Positions 1-13,078 of a DNA stretch of 64,000 nt are shown here, one piece after another; the first letter of the stretch is position 1; each line of letters begins with the position of its first letter. The DNA comes from Trichinella spiralis (lineage: Eukaryota), in contig NW_003526941.1 of assembly GCF_000181795.1 (NCBI RefSeq), positions 439,453-503,452 of the forward strand. Reading direction: 5' to 3'. Below the pieces are notes generated by a model. That model was not told the origin of the DNA. It saw only the letters and a program-made list of their open reading frames with translations, and did no database searches. Both the position numbers and the translations under genes were made by a program.

Positions 1-12
1 CTTAAATTTTAC

Positions 13-87
13 CCATTGATGATGTTGAAGTGATTCACCACATGATTCCATGACCACAGACCGAGTAACTGGACGGGAATGGAACAT
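13..87 (-). CDS. Possible first coding exon of a gene continuing off the left edge (MFHSRPVTRSVVMESCGESLQHHQW...)
   Basis: ttttcag acceptor at 89, ATG at 87 and GT donor at 12 (phase 0). A possible upstream non-coding exon lies at about 965-1166 (ttctag...cag|gtatac). No recognisable homology. Confidence 0.3.
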
Positions 88-2092
88 TCTGAAAATTTCA
101 GAGATGCATTATGCAAATGAAAATTCCTATTGGAAAAATAGCCTAATTAATCATTGTAATGATGTTGAAAATATGCATAGCTTATTACTGACATAAATAA
201 AGGCCAATCAATTTCTTGCGAAACGCTCGCTAAAAACTGTACTTCACTTGAGCATCACTAGTGCAAATCAGCAACTTCTCTTGATATTAACAAAAAGCAT
301 GTAATATATATTAACTGTTAGTCCTATGCTGATTTCAATCATATGACATTCCGTCGATAGATTTCATCCTGTACTGAAGAATGTTATTTTTTATTTAGAA
401 AGTTTTATATTTAGAAATTTAGAAACTTCATGTGCTGTATGATTGAGCAAAGTTTGTTTCATTTGCAAACTGCATGTTGACAAAAAAAGAGTATGCTTGT
501 GAATCTATTGAGGAAAACAGAGTAAAATAAATGAAATGGATATCTGATAGCTGATGCCATCGTACGACAGCTTAAAAGAGTATATGATGATTATACTATT
601 TGTAAAATCTGAACAACAACCACAACTGTTATCAAAATCAAAAAACTGACTTCGAAATTAAGTTAAAAACTGCTTAATTAATAATGCGCAAATTAGTAAC
701 CAAAAAAATCGACCACTGCACATTTTGATTAAATGTTTTCTTGTCATTTAATTGAATTCATTAAAATTAACATGCTTTTTTGGAAATAAAAAAATACTAT
801 TATTATTATTATAAAGAACATTCTCAACTAGTAAATGCTCACTTTGTTTACAAATATTATCTTATAAGAAAGAAGTTCAGTATGAATTAATTGTCCAAAA
901 TTCAAGAAGTTAAAAATGGCCATGTTTAGCATCGTTTTACAATAAAGGATGCAGATTTGTATACCTGATAGTAGCGTACAGATAGATATTCGTCGTCGAC
1001 GCTGTGCAGCACAGATTTTTAAATGTTGACAAATGAATAAGAATTGTTGAACTGTTGAAGCATCAAATGAGTTTGCAGAAGACCAACAATCCTAACGCAG
1101 CAGTTCAGCTAGCAAACGTGTAGCGTTCATTATTCACGGACTCTGATGGAACAATGGCCTGATCACTAGAAAGAAAAATATTCAAAAGAAATTCATACTG
1201 AAACTGAACGCTATAAATACTAAGTAATGAACTGCTTTCGGCAATGTTTAATTGCCATGACATAACCCTGAACGTAGTTAAATAACCTAAAAATACATTA
1301 TGGCCTGCGGATATGTGATCATTTATTTCACTACATCTGTGCTACGAAACCAAATTTCAAGATACGTGTCATCTATGCCAATAGTGAATATGATTTTAAT
1401 GAGAACGAGTGAATTTTCACTGGCACTGAAGCTGGTCGCGTAAAGAAATAAATTCAAAAATGGAAATCACTAATTTGATGAAGACAATATGCATCGCTTT
1501 GAAGAATGTGAAATGCATTTGTTGCATTCACGACTGAATTTGAGAATAACAGCACAATTTGTTGGCAGTAAAAGGGTTGTCAGAATGGCAAAGATGAAGC
1601 AAAAGTGTGAAAAAATTTTCCATTCCAGTGTGAAACCGTTTGGTCTGTGCAAAGGGTTCTTGACTTTTCAACGCTGTAGTGGAAGATGTTCACATGGCTC
1701 GTGGTTATTTAACAAAGATATCATACTGTATAGAAGGGGGAAATGTACTTGCTTCGCTAGAATAGCATATTATATTATTAATTACAATGTCAATATGAAT
1801 CAAAGTTTCTGACAATCTGAAAAAAGTAAAATTGCGCAAACGTGAAATGAATTTCAAAATTGCTTCTTTATTACATTAAAAAAACTGTTTTAAATAGGTT
1901 TGCATATTTATGCAATGAAACGTGAAGCAGAGATTTCGCTTCCAACTAATGTGAATTTTTAATAAAAATGTGTAATGCATCAATTTATACGCTTTTTACT
2001 GGCAACGTGAATATGATCACTTACTGTGCATATCTGCATCAGTTTGCAGAATGACTAGCAGTGGACTGAAAAATTGAGTTGTACATTGCGTG

Positions 2093-4552
2093 TCAGAACA
2101 GCTTCATGTATGATGATAAAAGTAACATTATGAACAATGAATGCATTTTAAAATAGCGAAATCCAAAACCGGAAGCGTTGTCCACATTGCAGAAGTCATA
2201 ATCACAGCAGCTGACGCAGCTCATGAATCGATTTTCAACATCGTCCAACGGTGTACAGCCCGGTATACAATTATTTGTGCAAGACCTGTAGAAGTAGTAG
2301 TTCTTTTTATCTTCATTTTCTGAGAAAAATCTCCACACCTATTATTAAAAGAAATAATTTGAATACAGCAAGTACATAAATTAATCGATAAATTGCATTG
2401 ACGAGTTCAGCGTGCGTCAGGATAACTTAATTAAGTAAATTTATATTCCTAGAATTAGAATTTATCCGCTTTGTGAACTGATAAGTTGTGTTTACTGTTT
2501 GAAGTTCAATTTATATGAAAAACATTCCAATTCTGCTAATCAAATTGGGCTATTTCCATTAGGCCCAAAACGTATTATGGATTTTTTATTTCGAAATGTA
2601 GAAACGGTAATGTCCAATCGTCTCATTTTCACATTGAATTTAGAAAAATAAATGAAATGGATATCTGATAAAATTATTTAGAATTTCATTATTATTTTTA
2701 CATTATTCAAAGAAATATGAATATGCATTTCTTTTCAAATATATGAAACTTCTAAGCAATCACTTATTCCACATATATTGCTTTTCTCAAAAATAGAATA
2801 CACAATAAACATAGATAAATAAATAAAGCACATACGTTAAAGCAGTTTTCCTGATGAAAGTGACGTGAGTAAACAAATTTTAATAAATATAAATTTCGTT
2901 TTTTTTATAATAAATAATTAAATCTAATTCATTGCATTACATTGTAATTTTTATTGCGTAACGCCAAATGAAGCAAAGTTTTAAATGTCTATTTTGATGA
3001 TTCCATTAAAAGTATTATCTTTTACTTATCATCTTTAAATGGATAAATGATCATTATGGCAAACTATCATTATATACAATTCAGATGAAAAAGTACACAT
3101 AATCATATTTTTAGTTCAAAACTATTTTATGTTGTTTTCCCTGAATATTCACCATCAGAAGTGTATGCTGGTTTCAGTAGAAAAGGGAAAAAAATTTAGA
3201 GTTTTTCCATTTAAAGAGAATTGTTTAATGTTGTTGAAGAATACAGCAGTGCTCGGTTTTTGCTAAAATGTCCAATGCTTCCAAACTGCACGCAATTTTG
3301 CCTTAAATATAAAGCTGAGTACGAAGTAATTTCATATTGTTCAACAATTTTGACTATAACATCTGTGTTACCCATTAAAGTCTGATTCTTCACAAACTGA
3401 AATACTGCATCAGCAGGAGTCAATCGATGAAAGTTAATTCCATTTGTAGTTTTGCATTGGCGTTGATTGGAAATTCACTAAAGATTAAATCATCTGCTTA
3501 TTGTTGAATGAACTAATCAGAAAATCTAAAAGAGCGGCTAACCGACAAAAAACCTCTTCCACTTAATTACTTTACTAATGAATGACAACGGCGACAGTAA
3601 AAAATAGCCACAACAAAACCGTTGTGCATAAGCAAAACCGTACGGATTATTTATTGTACATTTTACCAAGCAAAAGGTATTAATATTTGTTGGTTAAAAA
3701 AGTGCACGTTACTAGTTACAGTGCATTGAAAAAGCATTATTTTTATTATTATTATGCTGAAAAAATGCTGAAGTTATTACTTAGCATAATTAAAACTAAA
3801 CAGACTTTTCTCGATAGTGCAATTGCTGAACGGTGGGTGAAATTGAAAAAATATCCAGAATATGTGTTAATGAACTCTGATATTATATTATTGATGTAAA
3901 CATTTGCATGATCAATGCATCCATTTAGATTTCTCAGTTATGACGTAGAATCAGAAGTACACTCAAATTTCACTGTTAAAAGAAAAATAGAACTCACCTG
4001 CATTAAACCGATATGCTTAAGGGAAGGTAAGTTTTTACATTACCACGATAATTTAAAAAAAAATTTTTTAAATACTTTTTGAAGCGCATTGTAATTTATA
4101 CTAATAGCATTTATTGTTCAGTGAACTTGCAAAGTAGCAAACGCATCTTTCATGAAGGATGTTTTTCAAAAAATGTACCATTTCATAATGTTGCCACCGG
4201 ATAGTTTGCAATGTACAAAACAATGAAAATCGAAAGATTAAAAATATTCTACCAAATTAGCTTACTTTACATTTCCAGCTCTTGCTACAAATTTCAGTTG
4301 GAATCGTACCATTCATTGTTATGCACATGTCTCCTTCGTGTTCATAATCGCATTTATAACAGTAAAGATTCCCAGATGTATCGTAATGGTCGTGCTGACA
4401 TTCTGCCGAACTAGCATCTTCTTTCATGGCAAAGCCTAGTCAGATCAGTGTAAAGCTATGCATCTGAATTTAAAAATATTTTAAAAAAATGAAATGAACT
4501 CACTTGTAAATTGAATCAAAATCAAAAGTTTCAACAAAATAGTAACAACCAT
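2093..4552 (-). CDS. Ly6/uPAR three-finger, probably GPI-anchored protein (154 aa; exons 4552-4504, 4435-4266, 2338-2093)
   Basis: In-frame GT-AG splicing gives signal peptide MVVTILLKLLILIQFTSFA, LYCYKC at the domain start, CCDYDFCN at the domain end and a hydrophobic C-terminal tail. Confidence 0.85.
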
Positions 4553-5686
4553 GGGAAGCTATGATCATCTGAATGAGTGAGTGTGGCTGTTCTTGTTCCT
4601 TTACAATTACGAATGCAGCATATTCGTTTGAATCGATCGAAGAAGTGACTGCAGAGTGCTGTTGTGAATACTGAGCAGTTTATTAAGCTGAAATGTGAGG
4701 AAGCAGCATTTTGCCCCTGATCGACACATTAAATTCCATTCTCTGTTGCCTATGACAGTCTACTCTTTTGAAAAATGGCTTATACAATTGGTTGGCTCAT
4801 CGCATTTCTCAGAGTGATTAATCATTTTGCTAGTGGTAAAAAATGTTCTACTCGAACAGTATACATGCAATAATGCATTTTGATATTATTTGTATACAGT
4901 CGAAAATTAAATTGACGCAAAATGTTGAAAAAAGTCAATCTAAAATAAAATTATATCAAATTGATAGATAAAATTGAGACATATAAATTCAAATCGCGCC
5001 TAATTAGATGTCCCTCATCTGTTCTGCTATCAATTAAACAAAATCAGTTGCGTTCGTCAAAAACAATCACAATAATTTAGAAAAATCAATTCCACGTCAA
5101 ACATATCATGTCAGTAGCAGCACTACAACGTGGTCAGTAATTTTTTTCATAAAGTATACATAACACAAAACGTCTTCACTAATAACGAATACCCATTTAT
5201 TGTTATTTATAACAAATAACGAAGACTTGTTATTTGTTTATCATCCGTATTCGAATTATACGAAAGTTTATCAGAAAGAACTGAACGTTTAATGATAATA
5301 TGAAATTTTTGATAAATTTAATATCTATTAAATGGAATATGAATAAGCAAATATAATTAGAATAAGCACAGACCATTTAGAAGCAGACAATGAAATTAAT
5401 TTTCACAGCTTTTAAATAAATCATTGTGAAGAAAAAACAATACAGACAATTTTTAAAATATTATTCATACTTTTTTCTAATTAGATAAAACCAGCTGAAA
5501 TTTTTTTGCAATTAAAAATGTTACAGGAATATCCGTAAAACTGATAAATAACTAGAGAAATGAGAAATAAAAATGTTCGAACATTAGGTACAGTACTATG
5601 CGCATTGCACGTGCGATTAGATCATATACGTGTATATTTTGACAGGATTTAACAACAGAAAATAGGAATGCATTTTCAATCAATGT

Positions 5687-6862
5687 TTAATTTAATAGTT
5701 GATGAATGAAACCATCTAAACAAACCCCAGGTTTACTATACCAAGCTGACACATTTGCAGCAGATGGGGTTGGCTGCACTAAGTAATGCGGATTTTCACT
5801 GAGCAAAGATTGGCACAAAGTACAAAAGGCACGGTACATACCGTACGGAAAGCCGATACTTTCATATTCCTTCTTCCAATCAAAATATTTTAAATAATCA
5901 TCCAAATTTTTGCTCAAGAAGTGCAAATAATCTGCTAAAGCTTGAGGATTTGGAAAATCGTCAGCTGCAATGAAAGAGTTTGGTGGGGCCAAATTTTCAT
6001 ACATTTTTCTACTAGGAACTATTGGTACAACTGCGTCGTTGAGACGATCAAAAAATTTCTCACTTACATAATCCAAACATATACTGTTTTCAAAAGAGAA
6101 ATAAAATCTGTAATCCCGTCGCAAATCTTCTGCACATTTTTTTGTCATACTTCTAGGACAAGTTAGGTTGCCGCAGTTTCCATAAATATCCACTTGTATG
6201 TATTGTCCCAGTTTTGCTACGTATTCTTCTCTTTTGCTAGGAGTTCTGCAATTGCTCGCCCACCAAGCGATCATTTTCGTTTTTCCTTTGGCAAGCTGAT
6301 ACCAACTATCCGAATCAAATGGCCGTGGTGATTTCCTTTTCTGAACGTAGCCGAATGGAATTTGAATATCAGAATCTCGGCGATATGTCATTGTTTTTGT
6401 GTAAAAGTTTGTACTCAAATGAGGATAAGCTGCCACCGAAGTATGATATGGAGATTCCATAAGAAAGAATACAAAATGCTGGTTATACTTTCGTACCGTA
6501 GGCAGATCTTTTAAAATTACATTTCTGTCGTGAAATACAACAGCTCGGCTATTATGAAAATCCTTCCGATCGTTGACAATTGAGCATTTAAGTTCAGGAC
6601 ATGTTGACAAATACGTTTGAGATATGGTTTCAGTAAAAAATGGAGTCCACATAAGAATTTTTACATCCTCAGACATTCTGATGCTTTCAATAATCTTTGC
6701 CAAACGGAAATAACTTAAATAATGTATCGTCGCAAACACGCATAATATAAATAGCATCCCAGAAAACAATAAATGCACGTTGGATACTGCACGCATTTTT
6801 GCTTTCGTTCTACTGCAATTGAAAATTCCAATATGCGCAACCACGTTTTCAGTATTTTTCAT
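5687..6862 (-). CDS. Alpha-1,3-fucosyltransferase (GT10), single coding exon; alternative start at 6796
   Basis: Type II TM anchor, TMTYRRDSDI, IAWWASNC and the GT10 motif YRFYFSFENSICLDYVSEKF. Confidence 0.93.
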   Translation of the reverse strand: MKNTENVVAHIGIFNCSRTKAKMRAVSNVHLLFSGMLFILCVFATIHYLSYFRLAKIIESIRMSEDVKILMWTPFFTETISQTYLSTCPELKCSIVNDRKDFHNSRAVVFHDRNVILKDLPTVRKYNQHFVFFLMESPYHTSVAAYPHLSTNFYTKTMTYRRDSDIQIPFGYVQKRKSPRPFDSDSWYQLAKGKTKMIAWWASNCRTPSKREEYVAKLGQYIQVDIYGNCGNLTCPRSMTKKCAEDLRRDYRFYFSFENSICLDYVSEKFFDRLNDAVVPIVPSRKMYENLAPPNSFIAADDFPNPQALADYLHFLSKNLDDYLKYFDWKKEYESIGFPYGMYRAFCTLCQSLLSENPHYLVQPTPSAANVSAWYSKPGVCLDGFIHQLLN

Positions 6863-9800
6863 TATAATAAAGAATTTGATTTTTTAATGCCAAATTTGTG
6901 AAGTATGACAGTGATGACAGTCTAAAATTGATACCTTATTAAGAAAAACCATTGAAGTTATAGTTATAATTTTAAAGTGTAATTTAAAAAATGTTCAATT
7001 AGAAAGATTCTATAACAAATGAATAAAGTAAAGCACCACCACATAAGTGAGTCTTGTCGCTGAAAAATTACATTAATGAAAACACTGCTATACTATTTTA
7101 ATATATTCATTAGTGAATACGCTCTGTTTAACTTTTAATGCTTTTCCTGTCACTATTTATTCTTAGGAAGTGTTTAAAATTATCCAAGCAAGCATTGCTC
7201 CATTGACAAACAATGAAATCCCTTTTTTGTTCGTACTTTTTTTATTTTATAAAAAACTGAAACTGAGTGGGGCAAATAAGAAATGTGGGCGAAAAGAATT
7301 TTGTGTTAATGACTGAACAAGTACTGAGGACGATTCATATTTCTTTTTTATTTCAAATATCTCTAGTGAAAGGAAGCTGGCTATACATTTTTTACACACT
7401 GCTAAAATATACTGCCAGTTAGTTAACCGACAATGCAAATAGAAAAACAGCACTGCACAGCTGATTTCTATGCGAGAAAAAGCAAAATTGAAGATCCTAT
7501 GTAAAATGTTCGTAAAACTTCAGCTTTAAATTTTGTTTCGAATATTTTCGAAACAATAATCGTGATAATCTCTATTCATTTACAGTTTTAATGATAATAG
7601 AACAAAGTCTACGGTGAAGTTAATATAATTTCAGGATAGTCTTTTGGATAGCATTTATTTCTACATATGCTGCTACACATGTTTTTTCATTTCCATTGGA
7701 CATAAAGACAAAAAATAAGCTAATCAGTAAACCTAAATGACATGTCACGAATTGTTTGTCATAAGCTTGTTACAGTATATTAGGAAACGTTATTCATAAA
7801 ATAATTAATGCAAATGTGCTGAACTAATACTATGCTGTGAAAAGCACTGAAAGTGTGACGATCTAAGTCTAAACGATCGAATGAAATTTAGAAATAGTAG
7901 GAATTTTGTGTGAAAGTATATTGTTAAATTGATCACATGCCATGCACTTCCTACCATGCCAGTAAATATGCGATGAAATAGGCGATAATAAAATAAAGTA
8001 AAATGAATAAATAGCAAGAAGAATGAAAAAAAAATCTACGACCAGAAAGCAACACCATAACTTAAACTTACTCAGAATAATATAAACAATCTTAAATCAA
8101 ATATATATGCAATGTAGTGAAATAATGCAAACATAGATGACAACTGTTAATTATGTTCTAATAAATAGGCAAACTGCACTGACTGAAATGGAAATTTTTA
8201 GATTCTGTTGTTTCACCTGTAACACAGGACACGCTTAATTCAAAATAACGGAATACCTTTCTATATTTAATTTCAAGTCGCACTACCAGATATTGAATTT
8301 ATTAAATATAAGTTGACCAATAATAAATGCCAACTTCCTTCATTGCACTGGTCTAATTATGAAATATCAAAGTAGCCATTTAAAGTTAGAATAATTCCTT
8401 TTCCAAAGCATACACTATACCATAAAGGTGAAGTATTAAATTTGAGCAAACAAAATATCATTGCTTGAGATTGCAAACAAATGAGGAAAATGACGTCACA
8501 TGTTGACTAACGTAGGCCAATGTGAGCTAGTAGAATTTATTACATTGAAGCATTTGTAACGTCAGTGATATGTCGACGATGAATTAAGAGTAATAAAATG
8601 GCTATTCCATTTCTACAACTTCAAATGAAGTTAAAATGCAAAAATAAAATTAAAAAAAGCAGCAATACAATGAATGAAAAAATGCGATGCATCCCATTAA
8701 ACTTTTTGCTGTTAACCTAATGACAAATAAACGTCGTTATCAGTGCATAAAAGCGAGATAAATATTTGCTTTAGTGATTCACTTTTCTTAACTGTTTTGC
8801 AGTGATTTAAGTAAATCTTAAGTAAAAATAGTACAAATTTAACATGCATATCAATGCATAAAATCAAAAGAAAATGTTAAATGCTTCAAAGCAGTGCTTG
8901 TGGAAATATATTACAATTTTGTAAAACAACCTGATATACTTTTTAAAAAATCAAGTGCTTCTTTTATGTTTTAGTTTTTTGAGGAAAATGCAGTCAGTTA
9001 ATTGTCATTTATTTTTTAATAAAAAAACAGTTCAGCACATAGATTTGAAGAAAAAGTGAAATATTTTTTATCTGTTAATCTCGAAATTGACAACAGATGC
9101 AACGATCGAGAGGCATGTCGACGGCATTAACACGATTCGATTAATTTTGATTTAACGCATACTCCGCGATTAAATGTTGTTCCCGAATGGATGACTTCTA
9201 GTCAGATCATGCAGCCAATGAGCCGTAGCTGCTGCTGGTCACTGGTTAAAGGCAAATTGAAAATTGGGGTCAAACATCTGCCCGCAAACATTATGCATTA
9301 TGATCGAAATTTGTCCATTTTCAGTTCTACAAAGTGCATTTCCTTCATTTATTCATTGTTGAATAAATTCCTTTCATTCAAAAGTTTTGTAAATGCTCTA
9401 CTAATTCTATTTCTACACAAAGCACAGATCTGTACCAAATTTTTAGTTTTTTGATATTTAAATACTCACGACGGCAATAACTTCATTTGAAAACACAGAT
9501 AAAACTCAGAAATCAAGCATCGCTTGAAAAAGTTTTCCACATCTATTAGGTCAATGATACAGTGACTTATTATAACAATTGTATGGTGAAACAAAAAGAG
9601 GAGCTGTTTAAATAAAGCATAATATTAAAATGGCAATGGTAATACTGTCAAAGTTTTGCACATATTGATTAAGCATTGGATACAAGCATCCACACAGAGA
9701 TATATATATATATGTATATGTATATTAAGTGCACCATTGTGCAAACACTAGTGACGTTTATGAATGAAAGAAAATGATTGAGGACATTATGATAAACGAC

Positions 9801-12352
9801 GTGCTAAGCTGACCTGATATTGTTTTTAAGTCGGCATTGGTGAAGAATATTTGTCGATGATCACAAAAGAAACACTGTCATCTAGCGCGTGGCGGTCTCT
9901 CTTCTTGCCGTATGGCGCTTTCAAGAAAACGGCAATAGTTCTCAACTGACTAACTGATGGACCGGCTATTAATGCGCCACAATAGAGGGTGAAAAACAGC
10001 TTCGTTTCCAAAATTTATATTATTTGTTCATCGAAGCATTCAGAAAATAAACCCATCAGCATTGCAGTGAAAATCTGATTTACAATCAAATACTGTTAGA
10101 CTGTCTTGAAAATAATTATCTTTTTTTCTCTTTTTATGATCAGCTCCATTTGATTTTTATATACCATAAGGCGCCAGTCAGTCTCGACACTGATAATTAA
10201 TCTATAGTTATTATTTATGGAATAGTCATAGTTTCATGAAAAAAATCTGCTGAAAATAACTTCAACTGCTCAAATTGAAAATGCATTCATTCTTTTGCTG
10301 ATCTATGAATATCACACACCACTATTTATAATGTGTCATATCATATGATAATTTTAAAAGATTCTGTGAAAAATATTCATAAAAAACTTAAACAAGAATA
10401 CATATACATCGTTAACAATAACATATGATGCTTGAATCTCCTTGCATCATGCGATATAATATAATAGAATAGAATATAGTATAATTTGTAAAAATATATA
10501 AGTATCTCTCTGATTGTTAAATTTTAGCTAAAACAGTGGGAAGATTCTTTTAAAAATTGAAAAAATATATATGTAGTCAATCCTTTTGTTCAGCCGACAA
10601 TTAGCCGCTTGAATTGTTCAAGCTACAGATCCTGTCAACTTGATGAGGCACCACGGAAAGATCATATGTAATAATCAAAAGCTGCTGCTTCGCATTCGGC
10701 TTTCGGAAAGTATGTAAAGGAAAGTCGAATAAGCAACATCAAAAAATTGCAAACGAGTTCAATTATCACAGGTTCACATTTGTATCATATTTTTTTAATT
10801 AAAAAACAGTAATTTGATTTACTGTGAATTGAACAGTTTATTTGAAAGAATTTATCAATTCAGCCGCTGCTCGCTCGCAGTTATTGCCATCAGACAGAGA
10901 TGTGTGAAAGCAAAAGCTACTAATCATCAGCTGCAGTAAGCATTCACAATTCACATTAGTCTAACAGTTCAGAAAATTAATAATTCCAGATATTGTTCAG
11001 TTGATAAAATACAAGCACTACCATCATAAAGCATATCAAAATAAAAAAATGTCAGACAATAAGTAATGAGAAAATAAAAAGGTTAGCTGATATCAGCATG
11101 TGAAGTGGAATAAAAATGCTAATAACTCATTGTTTTCTTGAAAACTTCAAACTGAATCGTCATTTGGAATGCAAAACACCAAAATCTTAGCTGAGCTTAA
11201 AGATCAGATCAGATCAGATCAAATAAATAAGATCATAACTGATTGATTACATATTTCCAACAAAACAACTTTCACAAATCACAATACTAATTCTTACAGC
11301 TATTAGTGCATGCAAGAAATATCTATTCATTTACCATGCATACTCTTACACATTTTTGCAACAAAAATTGTCTGTTTGTGCTTCTACTGATTTACTATGA
11401 TGCTTGGTGCGTGGTTAGGTAACATTGTTTATTGATCAACTTGACAAATATCATGCTTTTTTAAATATTAAAATCAAGAAAAAACTGAAAACACTGTTTC
11501 CTATTCATGTTTGCTGCTTATGCTGACATGAAGTGTTTACCATATCAGTTTTCACTGCTGTACATGTTAGGGCAAAGTTTAATTAAAATCAGCAGAACAA
11601 CACTTTCAGTAAGTATACTGCTGCTCCAAAAACTAAAAAAAAACAGACACAGAAGAAGCAAGTAAATTGTATTGTAAAATTGTATGTGTTGCAAAAAGGT
11701 GTTCAATGGAAAGAATAAAACTGATGATATGAAACAAAGGTGCATTTAGAAATTGGTTTGGAAAAAAACTATTTTATTGGTGGTGCTTGGTAATTGTTGA
11801 AATAGGAGAGTATTTCACCTTTGAAACGCAACATTGGAAATCAGCAAATGAAAAACGCAAACGTTGCGCCACAGTTACGTGAGAAAGCAGAACACTTGTG
11901 TGTGTGGCTGCTTAATTGGAAAGGCGCCGGCCAAAGATGAGCTTATTGACCGCTGGTCAGAAGTAACGCGATCGACGCGTCGTCGATACGGATTAGCTTC
12001 GCCTCTTATACAACAACAAGAGAGTCTTTGTGGACCACAATGGTCGTTCGAACTGGCGCGACCGTTGGACAATTACAAGCGACGATTACGTGACCAGGGG
12101 GTAACATAAAGTTTTGTTTCCGCACCGGACATCACCATTATCCAACAGTACAATCAAAACGGCGATTTGGCTGAAAGCCGTTAATTATCTCTAACCGACG
12201 GTGGTTTGTCCGATTGCGTAACAGAAAATGCGCGCATCGCTGATTGGCCATCGACGCCAACGCTCCTCCCGCTCCCGACACTGTCGGGGTACAAATTGGC
12301 CGCGTTGACGTTCATTTGCCCATTTCTGTTCACCGGACACTGTCCAGTCTGG

Positions 12353-13078
12353 ATGGCAATTACCAATCAGCCATCGGCAGGCAACTACGCATCTTGTTTG
12401 AATACAGAAACAATGCACTACTTTGCCAAACCGTCAACAGTGTCCACAACACTGGCAGCAACAGAATCGACACCAGTTCGTCCAAAAAGAAAGTACAAAC
12501 CCCGAGCAAGAGCGAAAAGTCCGCAAAGTTTGGCTCTGCAGCGAAGGATACGTCGAACAAAAGCGAATAACCGAGAGCGAAGTCGGATGCATCATTTGAA
12601 TGACGCGTTGGATCGACTTCGCAATGTATTGCCAGTGCTACCTGACGACAGCAAACTGACTAAAATTGAAACGCTCCGCATGGCTCACAATTACATCATG
12701 ACTTTAACTCATGTACTCAACCTGTCCCAACCAGTTGAAGAAGAGGATGAAGATGAAGAAGTTGAACAGCAGCCGGTGGTCAGTGGACAAGCAGTCGCGC
12801 AACAGTACAACTTTTCAACTTCACCCTACCCGATGCAGACGACGGACACCTGCTACAGCTTGCCGTCACAGTTGGACATCGTCCATCCTTCGATGCCAAC
12901 AGCTTTGCCCCACGCTCAACCTCCATCACACAGTATCAACTATTACAACAACTACTACTACAATGGACAACGTCCAGATACGGATCACTTTTACAACGCA
13001 TGGTCAGTTGAACAGTTTCCACCAGCATCCACTACTTCAGTCAGTTCTGCCATGTACAATTGTTCAAGTTATTCCTGA
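12353..13078 (+). CDS. ngn-1: Neurogenin-family bHLH transcription factor, intronless
   Basis: b[52 protein letters not shown]. The first ATG of the open frame is at 12353 (the ORF track starts at a TTG at 12206). Confidence 0.9.
   Translation: MAITNQPSAGNYASCLNTETMHYFAKPSTVSTTLAATESTPVRPKRKYKPRARAKSPQSLALQRRIRRTKANNRERSRMHHLNDALDRLRNVLPVLPDDSKLTKIETLRMAHNYIMTLTHVLNLSQPVEEEDEDEEVEQQPVVSGQAVAQQYNFSTSPYPMQTTDTCYSLPSQLDIVHPSMPTALPHAQPPSHSINYYNNYYYNGQRPDTDHFYNAWSVEQFPPASTTSVSSAMYNCSSYS

Noticed and set aside
3211..3899. TSYSAL peptide in two opposite-strand ORFs
   Set aside because: The underlying DNA is unrelated, and both ORFs lie in the Ly6 intron; chance.
11201..11220. (AGATC)4 tandem repeat
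   Set aside because: Short simple repeat without spacers or further structure.
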